This document shows, piece after piece, positions 48,993 to 58,714 of a stretch of 64,000 nt of DNA. The translations under genes and the position numbers were made by a program. The notes beneath the pieces were generated by a model. The model was not told where the DNA came from and did not search any database. It was given only the letters and a program-made list of their open reading frames with translations. This DNA comes from Candidatus Undinarchaeales archaeon (GTDB lineage: Archaea > SpSt-1190 > JASMDC01): NCBI GenBank assembly GCA_030753015.1, contig JASMDC010000011.1:28844-92843 (forward strand), read 5' to 3'. Each line of letters begins with the position of its first letter. Within the stretch, counting starts at the first letter, position 1.

Positions 48993-49810
48993 TCGGGTAC
49001 CGGCCCGCCACCGCCGAGGACTTTATATTCGTAGGCCTCCCCATCCGTCGTGATATGCTCGACACCGCTATCAAGCACGTCCAAGGTCTGGGCCGTGGGT
49101 CGCGGGCCAAGCTCCTCGATGCCGGTGTCCGTACCTGGGACGACATCCTCTCCTGGAAGGGCGAACCACCCATAGGCCTGGCCACGTGGCAACACCTCCT
49201 CGAATGGACTGACGAGGCCGTGCGGCGGTACGATGCACGCGATTGGGTGTGGCTGGGGCGCGAGCTCCCGATGAGCGAGCACTGGCGTGTCTGGCCCGAG
49301 CTCGCTGACGAGGCCCTGTTCCTCGATATCGAGACAACGGGTCTCTCTCGGTCAGCGGAGGTGTCGGTCGTCGGCACCTGGGATGGGAAGGGAGAACCCC
49401 ATGTCTTCGTGGCAGGGCAGGACCTTGATGACTTCGTCGATGTCGTCGGTTCCAAGACCCTCCTCGTGACGTTCTACGGTTCCGGGTTCGATGTCCCGTT
49501 CCTTCGTGACCGCTATCCTGATGCGAGGTTCCCTCCGTTCCATATCGACCTGTGTTTCCTCCTGCGACGTCTGGGGCTCGGAGGGGGTCTGAAGTCCATC
49601 GAGCACCAGCTCGGGGTCCAGCGGAGCGATGAGACCGACGGCCTGTCCGGCCGGGATGCCGTACGGCTCTGGTACGCACACAAGAAAGGTGATCCTCATG
49701 CTCTCGACACGCTCGTGAAGTACAACATCGAGGACCTGCGCAATCTCCTTCCGCTCCTTGAGCATGGTGTTCGCGAGCTGGGAGCTCAGGAGCGTCGTCT
49801 CACTTCTTGA
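48989..49810 (+). CDS. YprB-like RNase H-fold 3'-5' exonuclease
   Basis: [26 protein letters not shown] and YNIED motifs. Confidence 0.9.
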   Translation: MIGYRPATAEDFIFVGLPIRRDMLDTAIKHVQGLGRGSRAKLLDAGVRTWDDILSWKGEPPIGLATWQHLLEWTDEAVRRYDARDWVWLGRELPMSEHWRVWPELADEALFLDIETTGLSRSAEVSVVGTWDGKGEPHVFVAGQDLDDFVDVVGSKTLLVTFYGSGFDVPFLRDRYPDARFPPFHIDLCFLLRRLGLGGGLKSIEHQLGVQRSDETDGLSGRDAVRLWYAHKKGDPHALDTLVKYNIEDLRNLLPLLEHGVRELGAQERRLTS

Positions 49811-50489
49811 GGTAGCTCGGCCGCTCGTGGTAGGGGATGGGGTCCTTCTCCCCGAGCTCCTCGAAAGCCCGGAGGCGCAGGGCGCACGAATCGCATGTGC
49901 CGCAGGCCTTGTCCTCCGCGCGGTAGCACGACCATGTGAGGTGGAGCGGTGCATCGAGACGCAATCCCTCCCGGATGATCTGGGTCTTGGACATCTTGAT
50001 GATGGGCGTCCTGATGACGATATTCGTCTCGGGGCGCGTGCCCAGCTCGATGACGCGGTTGAAGGCATCGTAGAACGCGGGACGGCAGTCGGGGTAGCCG
50101 GATGAATCCTCCTCGACGGCACCGATGAACACCGCCTCGGCACCCAGCACCTCTGCCCAGCTCACCGCCATTGAAAGGATGTTCGCGTTGCGGAAGGGCA
50201 CGTAGGAGCTGGGAATACCGTCAGCCTCCAGGTCGGCGTCGGTCACCGTCAAGGATGAATCCGTGAGCGAGGACCCGCCGATGCGGGACAGATGGTCGGT
50301 GGCCACGACGAACCGCTCGCGGACACCCCAGTGGTCGGTGATGGCATCGAACGCCCGACGCTCGCGCTCGCTGGTGAGCTGACCGTAGGTGAGGTGGAGG
50401 AAGCACAGCTCGTAGCCCTGGTCACGGGCTATGGCCGCCGTCACGCACGAGTCCATACCCCCGGAGAGGAGAATGACCGCCTTCGTCAT
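49800..50489 (-). CDS. queC: 7-cyano-7-deazaguanine synthase
   Basis: LSGGMDS, YVPFRN, GYPDCR and TWSCY..CGTCDSC motifs. Confidence 0.96.
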   Translation of the reverse strand: MTKAVILLSGGMDSCVTAAIARDQGYELCFLHLTYGQLTSERERRAFDAITDHWGVRERFVVATDHLSRIGGSSLTDSSLTVTDADLEADGIPSSYVPFRNANILSMAVSWAEVLGAEAVFIGAVEEDSSGYPDCRPAFYDAFNRVIELGTRPETNIVIRTPIIKMSKTQIIREGLRLDAPLHLTWSCYRAEDKACGTCDSCALRLRAFEELGEKDPIPYHERPSYLKK

Positions 50490-50540
50490 GCCGGGACCTT
50501 TGCCCTGGGCCTTTATATAATTGGCCGTCCGAACCGTGAC

Positions 50541-51893
50541 GTGGGCACCAAGAGCGTGTTCCTCCGTGATGGCAAGGAGCACTACCGCAAAGGGGAGTAC
50601 GAGGAGGCCGCCCGGTTGCTGCGGACCGCCCTCCGCATCGAGCCTGATGCACCTGAGGCGCTCATCTACCTCGGTTTCGCCCTTGGGGAACTCGGGGACG
50701 AGAAGGGAGCGAAGCGGTGCTTCAAGCGCCTTCTCGAGTCCAATCCGGAGAACGAGGCGTACGATTACCTCGCCCTCTACTTCGCAGGCGAGGGGAAGTA
50801 CACCCGCGCAGAGATGGCCTGTCGTAAGGCCATCGAGAAGAACCCCCGGGATTGCGTGGCCTGGAACAATCTCGCCATCTGGCTCGTGGAGGAGAACAAG
50901 CACCAAGAGGCAGTGATGTGCTCCCGGATGGCCCTCTCCATCGACGACGCGCGAGCCGAGTTCTGGCTCAACCTCGGTGTCGGCCTGGCATCCCTCGGGA
51001 AATGGCAGGATGCACGTGAGGCATTCGAGCGGTCGGTCGGGATGCAGCCCGCTCTCATCGAGGGATGGCTCGACCTTGGCCTCTGCCTGCTACGGTCGGG
51101 GGACGTAGACGGGGCGAGGGCCGCCTACCACAAGGCCATTGAGGCCGATCCGAAGAGCGCCGATGCGCACTTCCACCTTGGCGCCCTCCACATGGAACGG
51201 CGGGAGCTCAAGGGTGCAGTCCAGCATTTCGAACGGGCCGTGGCCCTGGACGTGTCGTTCCGCGAGGCATGGCTGAACCTGGCCGTGTGCAGCGACGAGC
51301 TCGGGAAGCTCGACCGTGCCGTGGAGTGTGCCCAGATGGCCCTTGGGCTCGACGAGGAGGACCAACGCATGAAGAACCTCCTGGAGAGCCTGAAGGAAGC
51401 CGTTGACTTCCGACGGCGGCACGACCTGGTCGCGCCGGACGTGCTCGAGCTCATCAGGACCCATCTGGGCGAACGAGCACTGGCCGCGTTCCCGGTGCCG
51501 GACGATCCCGTTCCCATGGGCCGGTGGTTCTTCGTCATACCCCAGAAGGGGATGGGGGGAGATATAATCATCCCCCAGAGCAAGGGCGAGCTCTCGGCCG
51601 TGCTCGATGGCACGGTGGAAGTGGAGTTCCTCTGGTGCTGTGGCCTGCGCAGCACGCTGACCCGGGAGTACCTCCATCTCTACGACCTCCGCACTCGGGG
51701 GCGAGCGGTCTTCATCTGTCTTGTCTGGCAGGACATCTACGATCCTGCGGCAGGGCCCATTGCCGTCCGCGCCGAGATCGAGCGCACGCTCGATCTGCTA
51801 GAGAAAGATGCCGAGGGTGACATAGTCCTCGTCAACCACCTGGGCGATGTGTGGACGCGTATCGGAGACGGGTCCCCGAAGAAGCAGGGGTGA
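50541..51893 (+). CDS. TPR-repeat protein with unknown C-terminal domain
   Basis: About 8 TPR motifs (AW.NL, W..LG). Confidence 0.85.
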   Translation: MGTKSVFLRDGKEHYRKGEYEEAARLLRTALRIEPDAPEALIYLGFALGELGDEKGAKRCFKRLLESNPENEAYDYLALYFAGEGKYTRAEMACRKAIEKNPRDCVAWNNLAIWLVEENKHQEAVMCSRMALSIDDARAEFWLNLGVGLASLGKWQDAREAFERSVGMQPALIEGWLDLGLCLLRSGDVDGARAAYHKAIEADPKSADAHFHLGALHMERRELKGAVQHFERAVALDVSFREAWLNLAVCSDELGKLDRAVECAQMALGLDEEDQRMKNLLESLKEAVDFRRRHDLVAPDVLELIRTHLGERALAAFPVPDDPVPMGRWFFVIPQKGMGGDIIIPQSKGELSAVLDGTVEVEFLWCCGLRSTLTREYLHLYDLRTRGRAVFICLVWQDIYDPAAGPIAVRAEIERTLDLLEKDAEGDIVLVNHLGDVWTRIGDGSPKKQG

Positions 51894-51920
51894 GCCGGTC
51901 CTGATGTGTCCGGGGATTAT

Positions 51921-52064
51921 CTAGAATGTGGTCAGATCTTCATCAGTAAAATGAGTGGAAGGTTCGACCTCCGGGTGTTCGTTCTCGTCGCTCGTGTAGT
52001 GTCGTAGGGTTGTGGAATCAATTGGCCGTTGGATGTTCATTGGGCCTGGTACTAGTGAGAGCAT
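51921..52064 (-). CDS. Small acidic peptide, 47 aa (not in ORF track)
   Basis: MLSLVPGPMNIQRPIDSTTLRHYTSDENEHPEVEPSTHFTDEDLTTF*; GGAGG SD; TATA-like TTTTAAGG near 52150. Confidence 0.55.
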   Translation of the reverse strand: MLSLVPGPMNIQRPIDSTTLRHYTSDENEHPEVEPSTHFTDEDLTTF

Positions 52065-52364
52065 TTCGCATCCCTCCATAGATCCATTTGTTTCGTTTTT
52101 CTTCTATGCGCGCCCTTTCGGGCGAGCGGTGGCCACGAGTCATGGTCGCCTTAAAAGGGTTGTCTTTCCGTCTGTCTTTTGACCGCACACCTTATGTAGT
52201 ATCGTAGGCGGTGTGCCGGGGATTACGAAATCCGTAACCGAGATACAGATGCTCTACGAGTAGTGCTGATGATCGTGATTTATTAATGTATAATACGGAC
52301 CGAACAGCATCTATGCTGACGGTCCTGCTGGGAAGAAAGCTCTCTCCGGGCGGGATAAGTTAGG

Positions 52365-52428
52365 AAAAAGGGGGGAACGGCCCCGCCACGATGACGGAGC
52401 CGTTGGGGGACGGGGTACGGATAAAAAA
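52365..52428 (-). ncRNA. Conserved 3' structured element, copy 1
   Basis: U6-AU-CCGUACCCCGU-C5-[13-bp stem with 2 GU pairs]-C6-U5. Confidence 0.6.
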
Positions 52429-52434
52429 GTAGGA

Positions 52435-52629
52435 TCAGTGATACGTTTCCTCCTGATTGTACGGGGTGTCCTTGTGGTCCTGCTCCCCGTACGTCGGATG
52501 CTCAAGCTGCTCGTTCCTGAATATATCGAGGTCCCCAAAACCCGGATCGAGTTCCGGCCGGGGCTCGGTGCCCAGCTCACCATGGGTGCGCTGGTACGCC
52601 TCGAACATTTCAGGATCGATGATGAGCAT
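52435..52629 (-). CDS. Small acidic peptide, 64 aa (IIDPEM family, copy 1)
   Basis: AGGTGA SD, CTTATAAA TATA; paralog of 52947-53138. Confidence 0.8.
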   Translation of the reverse strand: MLIIDPEMFEAYQRTHGELGTEPRPELDPGFGDLDIFRNEQLEHPTYGEQDHKDTPYNQEETYH

Positions 52630-52706
52630 CGCGTTCACCTTTTTTTTCGGACGGTTCTCACTCCATTGTTGGCCGGTTTATAAGGTTTTCCTTTGCCTGT
52701 GAGGCT

Positions 52707-52742
52707 AAATCGCACGAATATAGCTTAATTCGTCAAATTAAG
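52707..52742. promoter_or_regulatory. Conserved upstream block with palindrome CTTAATT-N5-AATTAAG, copy 1
   Basis: 24 bp identical to 53214-53237. Confidence 0.75.
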
Positions 52743-52874
52743 TAATAATAAGGGTTATTAGCCGTGCGTTCAGACCGCACATTTATGTGATACGACCTGC
52801 CATTGGAACGGTCCCTCCTAACGCCGCTTTAACACATCGCCGTGAGATACAGCTCACACATGGGGATGATAGGG

Positions 52875-52937
52875 AAAAAGGGGGTATCGATCCCGCCGGA
52901 GAGGCGGGATCGATGGGGGGACGGGGTACGGAAAAAA
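52875..52937 (-). ncRNA. Conserved 3' structured element, copy 2
   Basis: U6-CCGUACCCCGU-C6-[12-bp perfect stem]-AC5-U5. Confidence 0.6.
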
Positions 52938-52946
52938 GAATGATAT

Positions 52947-53138
52947 CTAATATTTGTCGAGGTCCTCTTCGGGCTGGTAGACAGGCTCCCAGTAACCCTT
53001 GACGACGTAGTCGTTCTCGGACCGGTCGAAGGGATTGTAGTTACCGAAGCCCATGTCCAGGATGGTGTTAGGCTCGGCGCCTACTACCCCATGGCTTGCC
53101 TGATAGGCATCGTACATTTCCGGATCGATGATGATCAT
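52947..53138 (-). CDS. Small acidic peptide, 63 aa (IIDPEM family, copy 2)
   Basis: AGGTGA SD, TTTATAAA TATA; paralog of 52435-52629. Confidence 0.8.
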   Translation of the reverse strand: MIIIDPEMYDAYQASHGVVGAEPNTILDMGFGNYNPFDRSENDYVVKGYWEPVYQPEEDLDKY

Positions 53139-53213
53139 GATTGTCACCTGCTTTATTACCAAGAGCGCCCCATCGAATACCTGTTTATAAACTTTACTAT
53201 CGCCTGTGCGCCC

Positions 53214-53269
53214 AAATCGCACGAATATAGCTTAATTAACTAAATTAAGCCTTATTAAGCCTTATTAAG
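53214..53269. promoter_or_regulatory. Conserved upstream block with palindrome CTTAATT-N5-AATTAAG, copy 2, plus tandem CCTTATTAAG repeats
   Basis: Seen directly in the sequence. Confidence 0.75.
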
Positions 53270-53485
53270 ATTCTTGGCTTTCTAATTCCCTCTGCAGGGC
53301 TGGTTCAGTACATTTCTCCCCCCTATAGGACCTCGTTCGGACCGCATACTTCGATGTACTACATAATGTGCTCGACTATAGGGCATGTCTTCAGTACAGC
53401 GATTATTACGTGCTTGATGGGGTTCCCAACCGCTCTGACTACGTGAAAATAGCGACGAGTCCTGCGACTGTTAAATAGGTGTTAA

Positions 53486-53507
53486 CCGGGGGGGAGGTCC
53501 CCCCCGG
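53486..53507. terminator. GC hairpin immediately 3' of the tRNA
   Basis: CCG7-AGGT-C7GG. Confidence 0.6.
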
Positions 53508-53508
53508 A

Positions 53509-53583
53509 TGGGCCCGGCAGGATTCGAACCCGCGATCTGAGGCTCCGCAAGCCCCCATGCTATCCAGACTACACCACGAGCCC
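53509..53583 (-). tRNA. tRNA-Arg(GCG), intronless, CCA not encoded
   Basis: Acceptor GGGCTCG/CGGGCCC; anticodon loop TTGCGGA; T loop TTCGAAT. Confidence 0.95.
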
Positions 53584-53697
53584 ATAAAGGCTTGACTCCC
53601 GAGTGGGCAAATCTTTATTTATCTTCCCTCGCTGCCCGTCCAAGCCGAAACCCTTAAAAGAGCTATCCACTCCACAGTCGCCTACGAGTGATATAAC

Positions 53698-53805
53698 TTG
53701 TCGAAAACATCCCATCCTTGGAAGAAGCGGGTCGGCAAGAAGAGCCGCTGGAAGTGGCGCAAGAAGCGGCGCCGAAAGATGCAGCGCAAGGCGCGCCGCA
53801 TCTAG
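53698..53805 (+). CDS. rpl41e: Ribosomal protein eL41 (eS32), 35 aa (not in ORF track)
   Basis: TTG start; MSKTSHPWKKRVGKKSRWKWRKKRRRKMQRKARRI; GAGTGA SD and TATA. Confidence 0.8.
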   Translation: MSKTSHPWKKRVGKKSRWKWRKKRRRKMQRKARRI

Positions 53806-54088
53806 AAGCACCGATGCTACCTCGTTCTAGCCATACGACGAACGAGCGAGGTATTTGTTGGCGCCAGTGGCTCACTACAATATACACACATCTGTACTTC
53901 TAGGTAGGATGTAGTTGTCTGCTCACATGTTGGCGTAGATTAGACCTCTGAATCCAGTTGACCCAAACTGAGATCTATAGATTAGACAATCAGTCAAGTC
54001 CCCAGGTCCGCAACGGGAGCGCACGTCGAAAGGAAAACTATAAAAGACAGCATTCGGGCCTCCGCGCTCCATACGCAGAGTGATTATC

Positions 54089-54832
54089 ATGGAAGACATC
54101 ATCGAAACGGAATCTATCGAGATCTACGATGTACCTGGCCTGAACACCTATGTGGTGGCGGAGCCGCGGATGGAGCCCCCCGGATACTTCAGCAAGGGGC
54201 CGACCTACAAGGACGTCCTTCACTCACTCAACGACGCGCTCGAACAGGATGACGCCTCCTATACCCTCTACACCGACTCAGGATCCACCTACGATATCAA
54301 CGAACTACGCACTTTGTCCAAGAACACACAGGATTCCGCTGTAGCTAAGATAAAGAGCGATGCTTTCGGAGCTGCCATCTGGGGCTACTTCCTTTACCCG
54401 TATGGTCTGGTCGTCTCCGCCATGGACGCCATCGACGCGTTCAAGTCCTACAAGCTCATGAAGGAGGGTCAGCGCCTTGAGAAGAACATCGTCAAGGGCC
54501 ATGTCGAGAAGTCCGAGGGCCTCTCCGAGCTCCACGAGCTGTACAACGAGCTCGACATACCCAGTATCGATGCTGAAATCCAGCGGGAGATCGGCCAGCT
54601 CAGCTTCTTCCGAAAGATCGTCCCACCCAAGGATGTCAGGGAGCGGATCATGGACAAGGTGGCCGAGAAGTCCCTTGCCTACCAAACGCTCAACATCCGC
54701 GCTCGCGAAATTGCTGAGGAGCTGGATGACGAGAACTTCCTTTACGTAGCGCAGGCCTACGAAAAGGCCGCTCATGGCCACCACTTCCCCATGATCGGCG
54801 TGCAACGGGAGCCCGAACAGGAAGAGCAGTAA
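54089..54832 (+). CDS. Acidic orphan protein with a central hydrophobic segment
   Basis: GAGTGA SD, CTATAAAA TATA. Confidence 0.7.
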   Translation: MEDIIETESIEIYDVPGLNTYVVAEPRMEPPGYFSKGPTYKDVLHSLNDALEQDDASYTLYTDSGSTYDINELRTLSKNTQDSAVAKIKSDAFGAAIWGYFLYPYGLVVSAMDAIDAFKSYKLMKEGQRLEKNIVKGHVEKSEGLSELHELYNELDIPSIDAEIQREIGQLSFFRKIVPPKDVRERIMDKVAEKSLAYQTLNIRAREIAEELDDENFLYVAQAYEKAAHGHHFPMIGVQREPEQEEQ

Positions 54833-54934
54833 ACACCGAGAACGTATGACTGGGGCGCTGTTCCCTCCGGACGCGTAGGTCAATTCAAAGCTTGAAGTCC
54901 CATCGCGCTGTCATGGACATCACCGCTACAGTGC

Positions 54935-56671
54935 TCAGTCATGTGCATAGATGATGTGGACCACGCCGTCGACTATGCGATCGATCCTACCGAATCCCAT
55001 GCGCTCCATTTGGACGAGATCGCCCGGGTGCGCGACCTTTAACGGGGGCTCACCAAGAGCTCGCTTGGCGGGCATGGAGTCAGGGACACGCTCACCGTTC
55101 TCATCCTCGAGTATTCCTGGATAGTATATGTGCACCTTGACAGCTGTCCGCTTGGGCACCCAGTGGAGCTTGGGCATACCTCTGACGACATCATCGCCAT
55201 CGTACACGGCGAGCACGCGTCCGGTATGCTCGTCACGCCCCTCGATGCGCACGTTGTAGAGGTCCTTGAGGCGGACCACGGCCCCGACCTGTAGCTTGTC
55301 TGCGTCCTCTCGTGTGATGCAGAACAGCGAGCCCGTCTCGAACGTCCGCTCTCCCATCTCGGGATTGCTCGGGTGCCGCTTCAGCCGTGCCGTCCGCTCG
55401 GGGGCCTCTTCTACGATCAGCTCGACGGCGTCCACGACGACGAAGGCCCGGTATGCGAGAGGGTCGATGTTCTTGCGGTTCAGGCCCGCCAGCAGCTTCC
55501 AGCTGATCACGGGCTCTGCGGTGGACGGCCCGATCTCGACGGACAGGTCCTTCAGCGTCTTGGGGATAATGCCACGCCTGCGGAGCCCGGCGAGCGTGGA
55601 GAGCCGCGGATCGTCCCACCCCTCCACGACACTCTCGTCGATGAGGGCCTTGATGAGGCGCTTGGAGGTCGGTGTGCCCTCCAGAGAGAAACGTGAGTAC
55701 TGCATGATCCGGGGATTGGGAAGTCCCAACAGACCGCGGATGTGCTCCTGCAGCTCGATGCGTGGCTGGAACTCGTTGGACCGGAGCACGTGGGTGATGC
55801 CCCGCCGGGAGTCCTGGATGGCCACGGCGAAGTCGTAGGTGGGGTAGACGTAGTACTTGTCGCCGTGTAAAGGATGCGGATGGTCGATGACGCGTAGCAT
55901 CATGGGATCGCGCATCACCATGTTCCCGGCCTCCATGTCGCCCTTCAGACGGACGCCGAACTCACCTTCACCGACCTTGCGAGCGTTCATGCTCTCCCAC
56001 AGGGCTACGTTCTCCTCGATGGACCGGTCACGGTGACTGCAGGGGCGTCCAGCACGGCGGTTCGCGCTGATGGTTTCTGCGGGGCAGTCGCACACGTAGA
56101 GACGACCGTCGTGCAGGAGCCGGTCGGCGTGCTCAATGATAAGAGGTATCTCGTCCGACACTCGCAGCTCTTCGTCCCACTCGATGCCCAGCCAGGTGAG
56201 GCCGTCCTTGATGGCGTCGTAGTACTGCACCTCTTCCTTCCGGGGATTGGTGTCCTCGAACCGAAGTACGAGCCTGCCGTTGTACATCTTGGCATAGAGG
56301 AAGTTGATGAGGGCCGAGTAGGCGTGGCCGATGTGGGGGAAGCCGTTCGGCTCGGGGGGGAACCGCGTGACCACCTTCCCATCCTCGGCGCCTTCGAGGG
56401 GGGGCAGTCCGGTCCGTTTGCCCTGCTTCTTGCCCGTGGGCTCGGGGACGAGCTCGACGTACTTGGCCTCCCGGGTAGCCTCGTCCATAGCGTTGACCTC
56501 GGCGATGACCTCGAGCGCGAGCGATTTGACCTCCTTGGCTCGGGGCCGGAGTTCCGTGGAAGTCCCTATGACCGATCCCATGACCGCACCAATCTGGGCT
56601 GCGCCATCGTGACGCTGGGCGTTCTCAAGGGCATGGGCAAGGATGAGCCGTCGCAGCTGGTCATCGTCCAT
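54935..56671 (-). CDS. gltX: Glutamate--tRNA ligase (archaeal type)
   Basis: RFPPEPNG.PHIGH, FEDTNP, YPTYDF, THVLR and WDDPRL motifs. Confidence 0.97.
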   Translation of the reverse strand: MDDDQLRRLILAHALENAQRHDGAAQIGAVMGSVIGTSTELRPRAKEVKSLALEVIAEVNAMDEATREAKYVELVPEPTGKKQGKRTGLPPLEGAEDGKVVTRFPPEPNGFPHIGHAYSALINFLYAKMYNGRLVLRFEDTNPRKEEVQYYDAIKDGLTWLGIEWDEELRVSDEIPLIIEHADRLLHDGRLYVCDCPAETISANRRAGRPCSHRDRSIEENVALWESMNARKVGEGEFGVRLKGDMEAGNMVMRDPMMLRVIDHPHPLHGDKYYVYPTYDFAVAIQDSRRGITHVLRSNEFQPRIELQEHIRGLLGLPNPRIMQYSRFSLEGTPTSKRLIKALIDESVVEGWDDPRLSTLAGLRRRGIIPKTLKDLSVEIGPSTAEPVISWKLLAGLNRKNIDPLAYRAFVVVDAVELIVEEAPERTARLKRHPSNPEMGERTFETGSLFCITREDADKLQVGAVVRLKDLYNVRIEGRDEHTGRVLAVYDGDDVVRGMPKLHWVPKRTAVKVHIYYPGILEDENGERVPDSMPAKRALGEPPLKVAHPGDLVQMERMGFGRIDRIVDGVVHIIYAHD

Positions 56672-56723
56672 GGCCGCGGGGAGCCGGGCACCATTTTTAA
56701 CTCTTGCTCACATCCCCGGATAT

Positions 56724-57017
56724 ATGGGTACCGCGCCCGATATCGAGGAGGGGGACGACGGGTGTCTCGTAGCTATTCACGCCGTTCCCGGAGCGGACAC
56801 GCCCTCGGCCGCGTGGGACCCGTGGACGGGCAGCCTGCGTGTAAGAGTGGCCGCACGGGCGGTGAAAGGAAAGGCGAACGCCGCCCTGGTATCCTTTCTC
56901 TCCGAGCTCTTCGGCGTGAAGGTCTCGCTCGTGGCCGGGGTGACCTCCCGCCGTAAGCGGGTGTTCCTCCCCGGCGTGTCCCGGGACCGGGTGCTCACCG
57001 TCGTGGGTGAGGCGTGA
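56724..57017 (+). CDS. DUF167/YggU family protein
   Basis: VRVAARAVKGKANAAL and G.TSRRK motifs. Confidence 0.85.
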   Translation: MGTAPDIEEGDDGCLVAIHAVPGADTPSAAWDPWTGSLRVRVAARAVKGKANAALVSFLSELFGVKVSLVAGVTSRRKRVFLPGVSRDRVLTVVGEA

Positions 57018-57409
57018 TGGCCCGTCGGCGACCGGTGATCGAGCGGATCGATGAAGTGCTCGAACAGCTCCGTCAGCTCTCTGAAGATGGCATCCCTGTC
57101 ATCGTCGAGGGATCGAAGGACGAGGCCGCATTGCGGTCTTTGGGAGTCCTTGGAAAGGTTTATAAGATTGGCTCGGCTGCCACGAGCCTACCTATGTTGG
57201 CAGAGACTCTGTCCATCCAGGCAGGAGAGGCCATCATGCTCACCGACTTCGATCATCAGGGGGATTCCCTCGCTCAGGAGCTGAAACGGTTGCTGATCTC
57301 ACACGGCGTCAACGTCGAAACAGGCATCCGGAACCGGCTCAGGGGGCTTACCCGCGCCTCGCACGTCGAGGGCCTTCCACGGCGTCTTGCGCGTCTACGT
57401 AACCAGTGA
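57017..57409 (+). CDS. Small Toprim-domain protein
   Basis: IVEGSKD and LTDFDHQG motifs. Confidence 0.88.
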   Translation: MARRRPVIERIDEVLEQLRQLSEDGIPVIVEGSKDEAALRSLGVLGKVYKIGSAATSLPMLAETLSIQAGEAIMLTDFDHQGDSLAQELKRLLISHGVNVETGIRNRLRGLTRASHVEGLPRRLARLRNQ

Positions 57410-57456
57410 GCACGGCCCTTCTACCCCACGGACACCCTGCCACAGGGGTGATACAC

Positions 57457-58713
57457 ATGGGAAAGATTAGCCCGATTGCAGCAAAATACATTATCAACGC
57501 AGAGATTGAGGTCAATGGCATCGTGGAGAAGCCCGATGCCGTGGGTGCCGTCTTCGGCCAGACCGAGGGCCTTCTGGGCCCGGATCTTGAGCTTCGTGAG
57601 CTCCAGCGCAGCGGTCGCATTGGCCGCATCGAGGTCACCCTCAAGAGCCGCTCAGGAAAGTCCATCGGTTCTATCACGGTCCCTTCGTCGCTCGATAAGT
57701 CCGAGACCGCCATCATCGCGGCGGCCCTCGAGACCGTCGACCGCATCGGCCCGTGTACCTCCAAGATTGCCGTTGGCAGGATCGAGGACGTACGCATGGC
57801 CAAGCGCAAGTACATCGTGGACCGCGCCAAGGAGCTACTGGCCCAGATGATGGCCGACATCCTCCCCGACTCCCAGGAGCTCTCCGACGAGGTCAAGCAG
57901 GCGGTCAGGGTGGAGGAGATCGTGGACTATGGACCCGAGAGGCTCCCCTCCGGACCCAACCTACTCTCCTCGGACGATATCATCATCGTCGAGGGCAGGG
58001 CGGACGTCATCAACCTCCTTCGCCAGGGTATCAAGAACTCGCTGGCCGTGGAGGGGACCAACATCCCACCAAGCGTCATCGGCCTGACCAAGGAGAAGAC
58101 CGCCACAGTGTTCGTGGACGGCGACCACGGGGGCGAGCTCATCATCAAGGAGCTCCTGCACTCCGGTGCCGAGATCGACTTCATCACCATGGCCCCCACG
58201 GGCAAGGAGGTGGAGGAGCTCACCAAGAAGGAGATCCACAAGTGCCTCCGCTCACGCACACCGGGCGAGCAGTACGACGCAGGGATCGATAATGACGACG
58301 ATCGCAAGAGTACAAGGAAGCCCACGCCCAGGCGGCTCCCCGAGAAGAAGGAGGACGAGCCTGCAGGGGGCGAGGACGTGGACCTTGCAAAGGAGATGCT
58401 CGCTCGGGCGGACCCCAAGAGCATCAAGAAGTTCAAGACCATGATGGAGGGTCTGTTCGGCACCCGCGGCGCACTTCTGCTCGATAAAGAGCTGAACGCG
58501 GTCAAGCGCATCCCCATCATCGAACTTCGCCAGAGCCTCAATGACGCCGAGGGCGTGTTCGCTGTGGTGTTCGACGGTGTCGTTACCAAGAAGCTGGTGG
58601 ACATGGCCGAGGAGAAGGACATCGCCTACCTCATCGGCATGAAGGTCGTGGGGCTCCGGACCGTACCCAAGAAGACGGTCCTCCTCACGCCGACCGAGCT
58701 CGGCGGGTTCTAG
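57457..58713 (+). CDS. dnaG: Archaeal DnaG (exosome-associated)
   Basis: GAVFGQTEGLLG, VEGRADV, FVDGD.GG and C-terminal VFDGVVT motifs. Confidence 0.96.
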   Translation: MGKISPIAAKYIINAEIEVNGIVEKPDAVGAVFGQTEGLLGPDLELRELQRSGRIGRIEVTLKSRSGKSIGSITVPSSLDKSETAIIAAALETVDRIGPCTSKIAVGRIEDVRMAKRKYIVDRAKELLAQMMADILPDSQELSDEVKQAVRVEEIVDYGPERLPSGPNLLSSDDIIIVEGRADVINLLRQGIKNSLAVEGTNIPPSVIGLTKEKTATVFVDGDHGGELIIKELLHSGAEIDFITMAPTGKEVEELTKKEIHKCLRSRTPGEQYDAGIDNDDDRKSTRKPTPRRLPEKKEDEPAGGEDVDLAKEMLARADPKSIKKFKTMMEGLFGTRGALLLDKELNAVKRIPIIELRQSLNDAEGVFAVVFDGVVTKKLVDMAEEKDIAYLIGMKVVGLRTVPKKTVLLTPTELGGF

Positions 58714-58714
58714 T

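Noticed and set aside
48989-51893. QueC + exonuclease + TPR as a Qat/CBASS-IV/Dpd-like defence system
   Set aside because: QueC is the canonical ~230-aa form, the genes are convergent or divergent rather than operonic, and no TatD, ATPase, cyclase or TGT gene is nearby
52365-52937. 3' hairpins as SECIS elements
   Set aside because: One upstream ORF ends in TAG, there is no sensible UGA readthrough, and the archaeal GAA/A SECIS bulge is absent
51900-53583. Peptide array as a tRNA-integrated element or CRISPR array
   Set aside because: No duplicated tRNA 3' end or integrase was seen; the repeats are degenerate and about 570 bp apart
53936-53987. 10-bp direct repeat TAGATTAGAC
   Set aside because: Only two short copies; it may be an operator but is too weak to call
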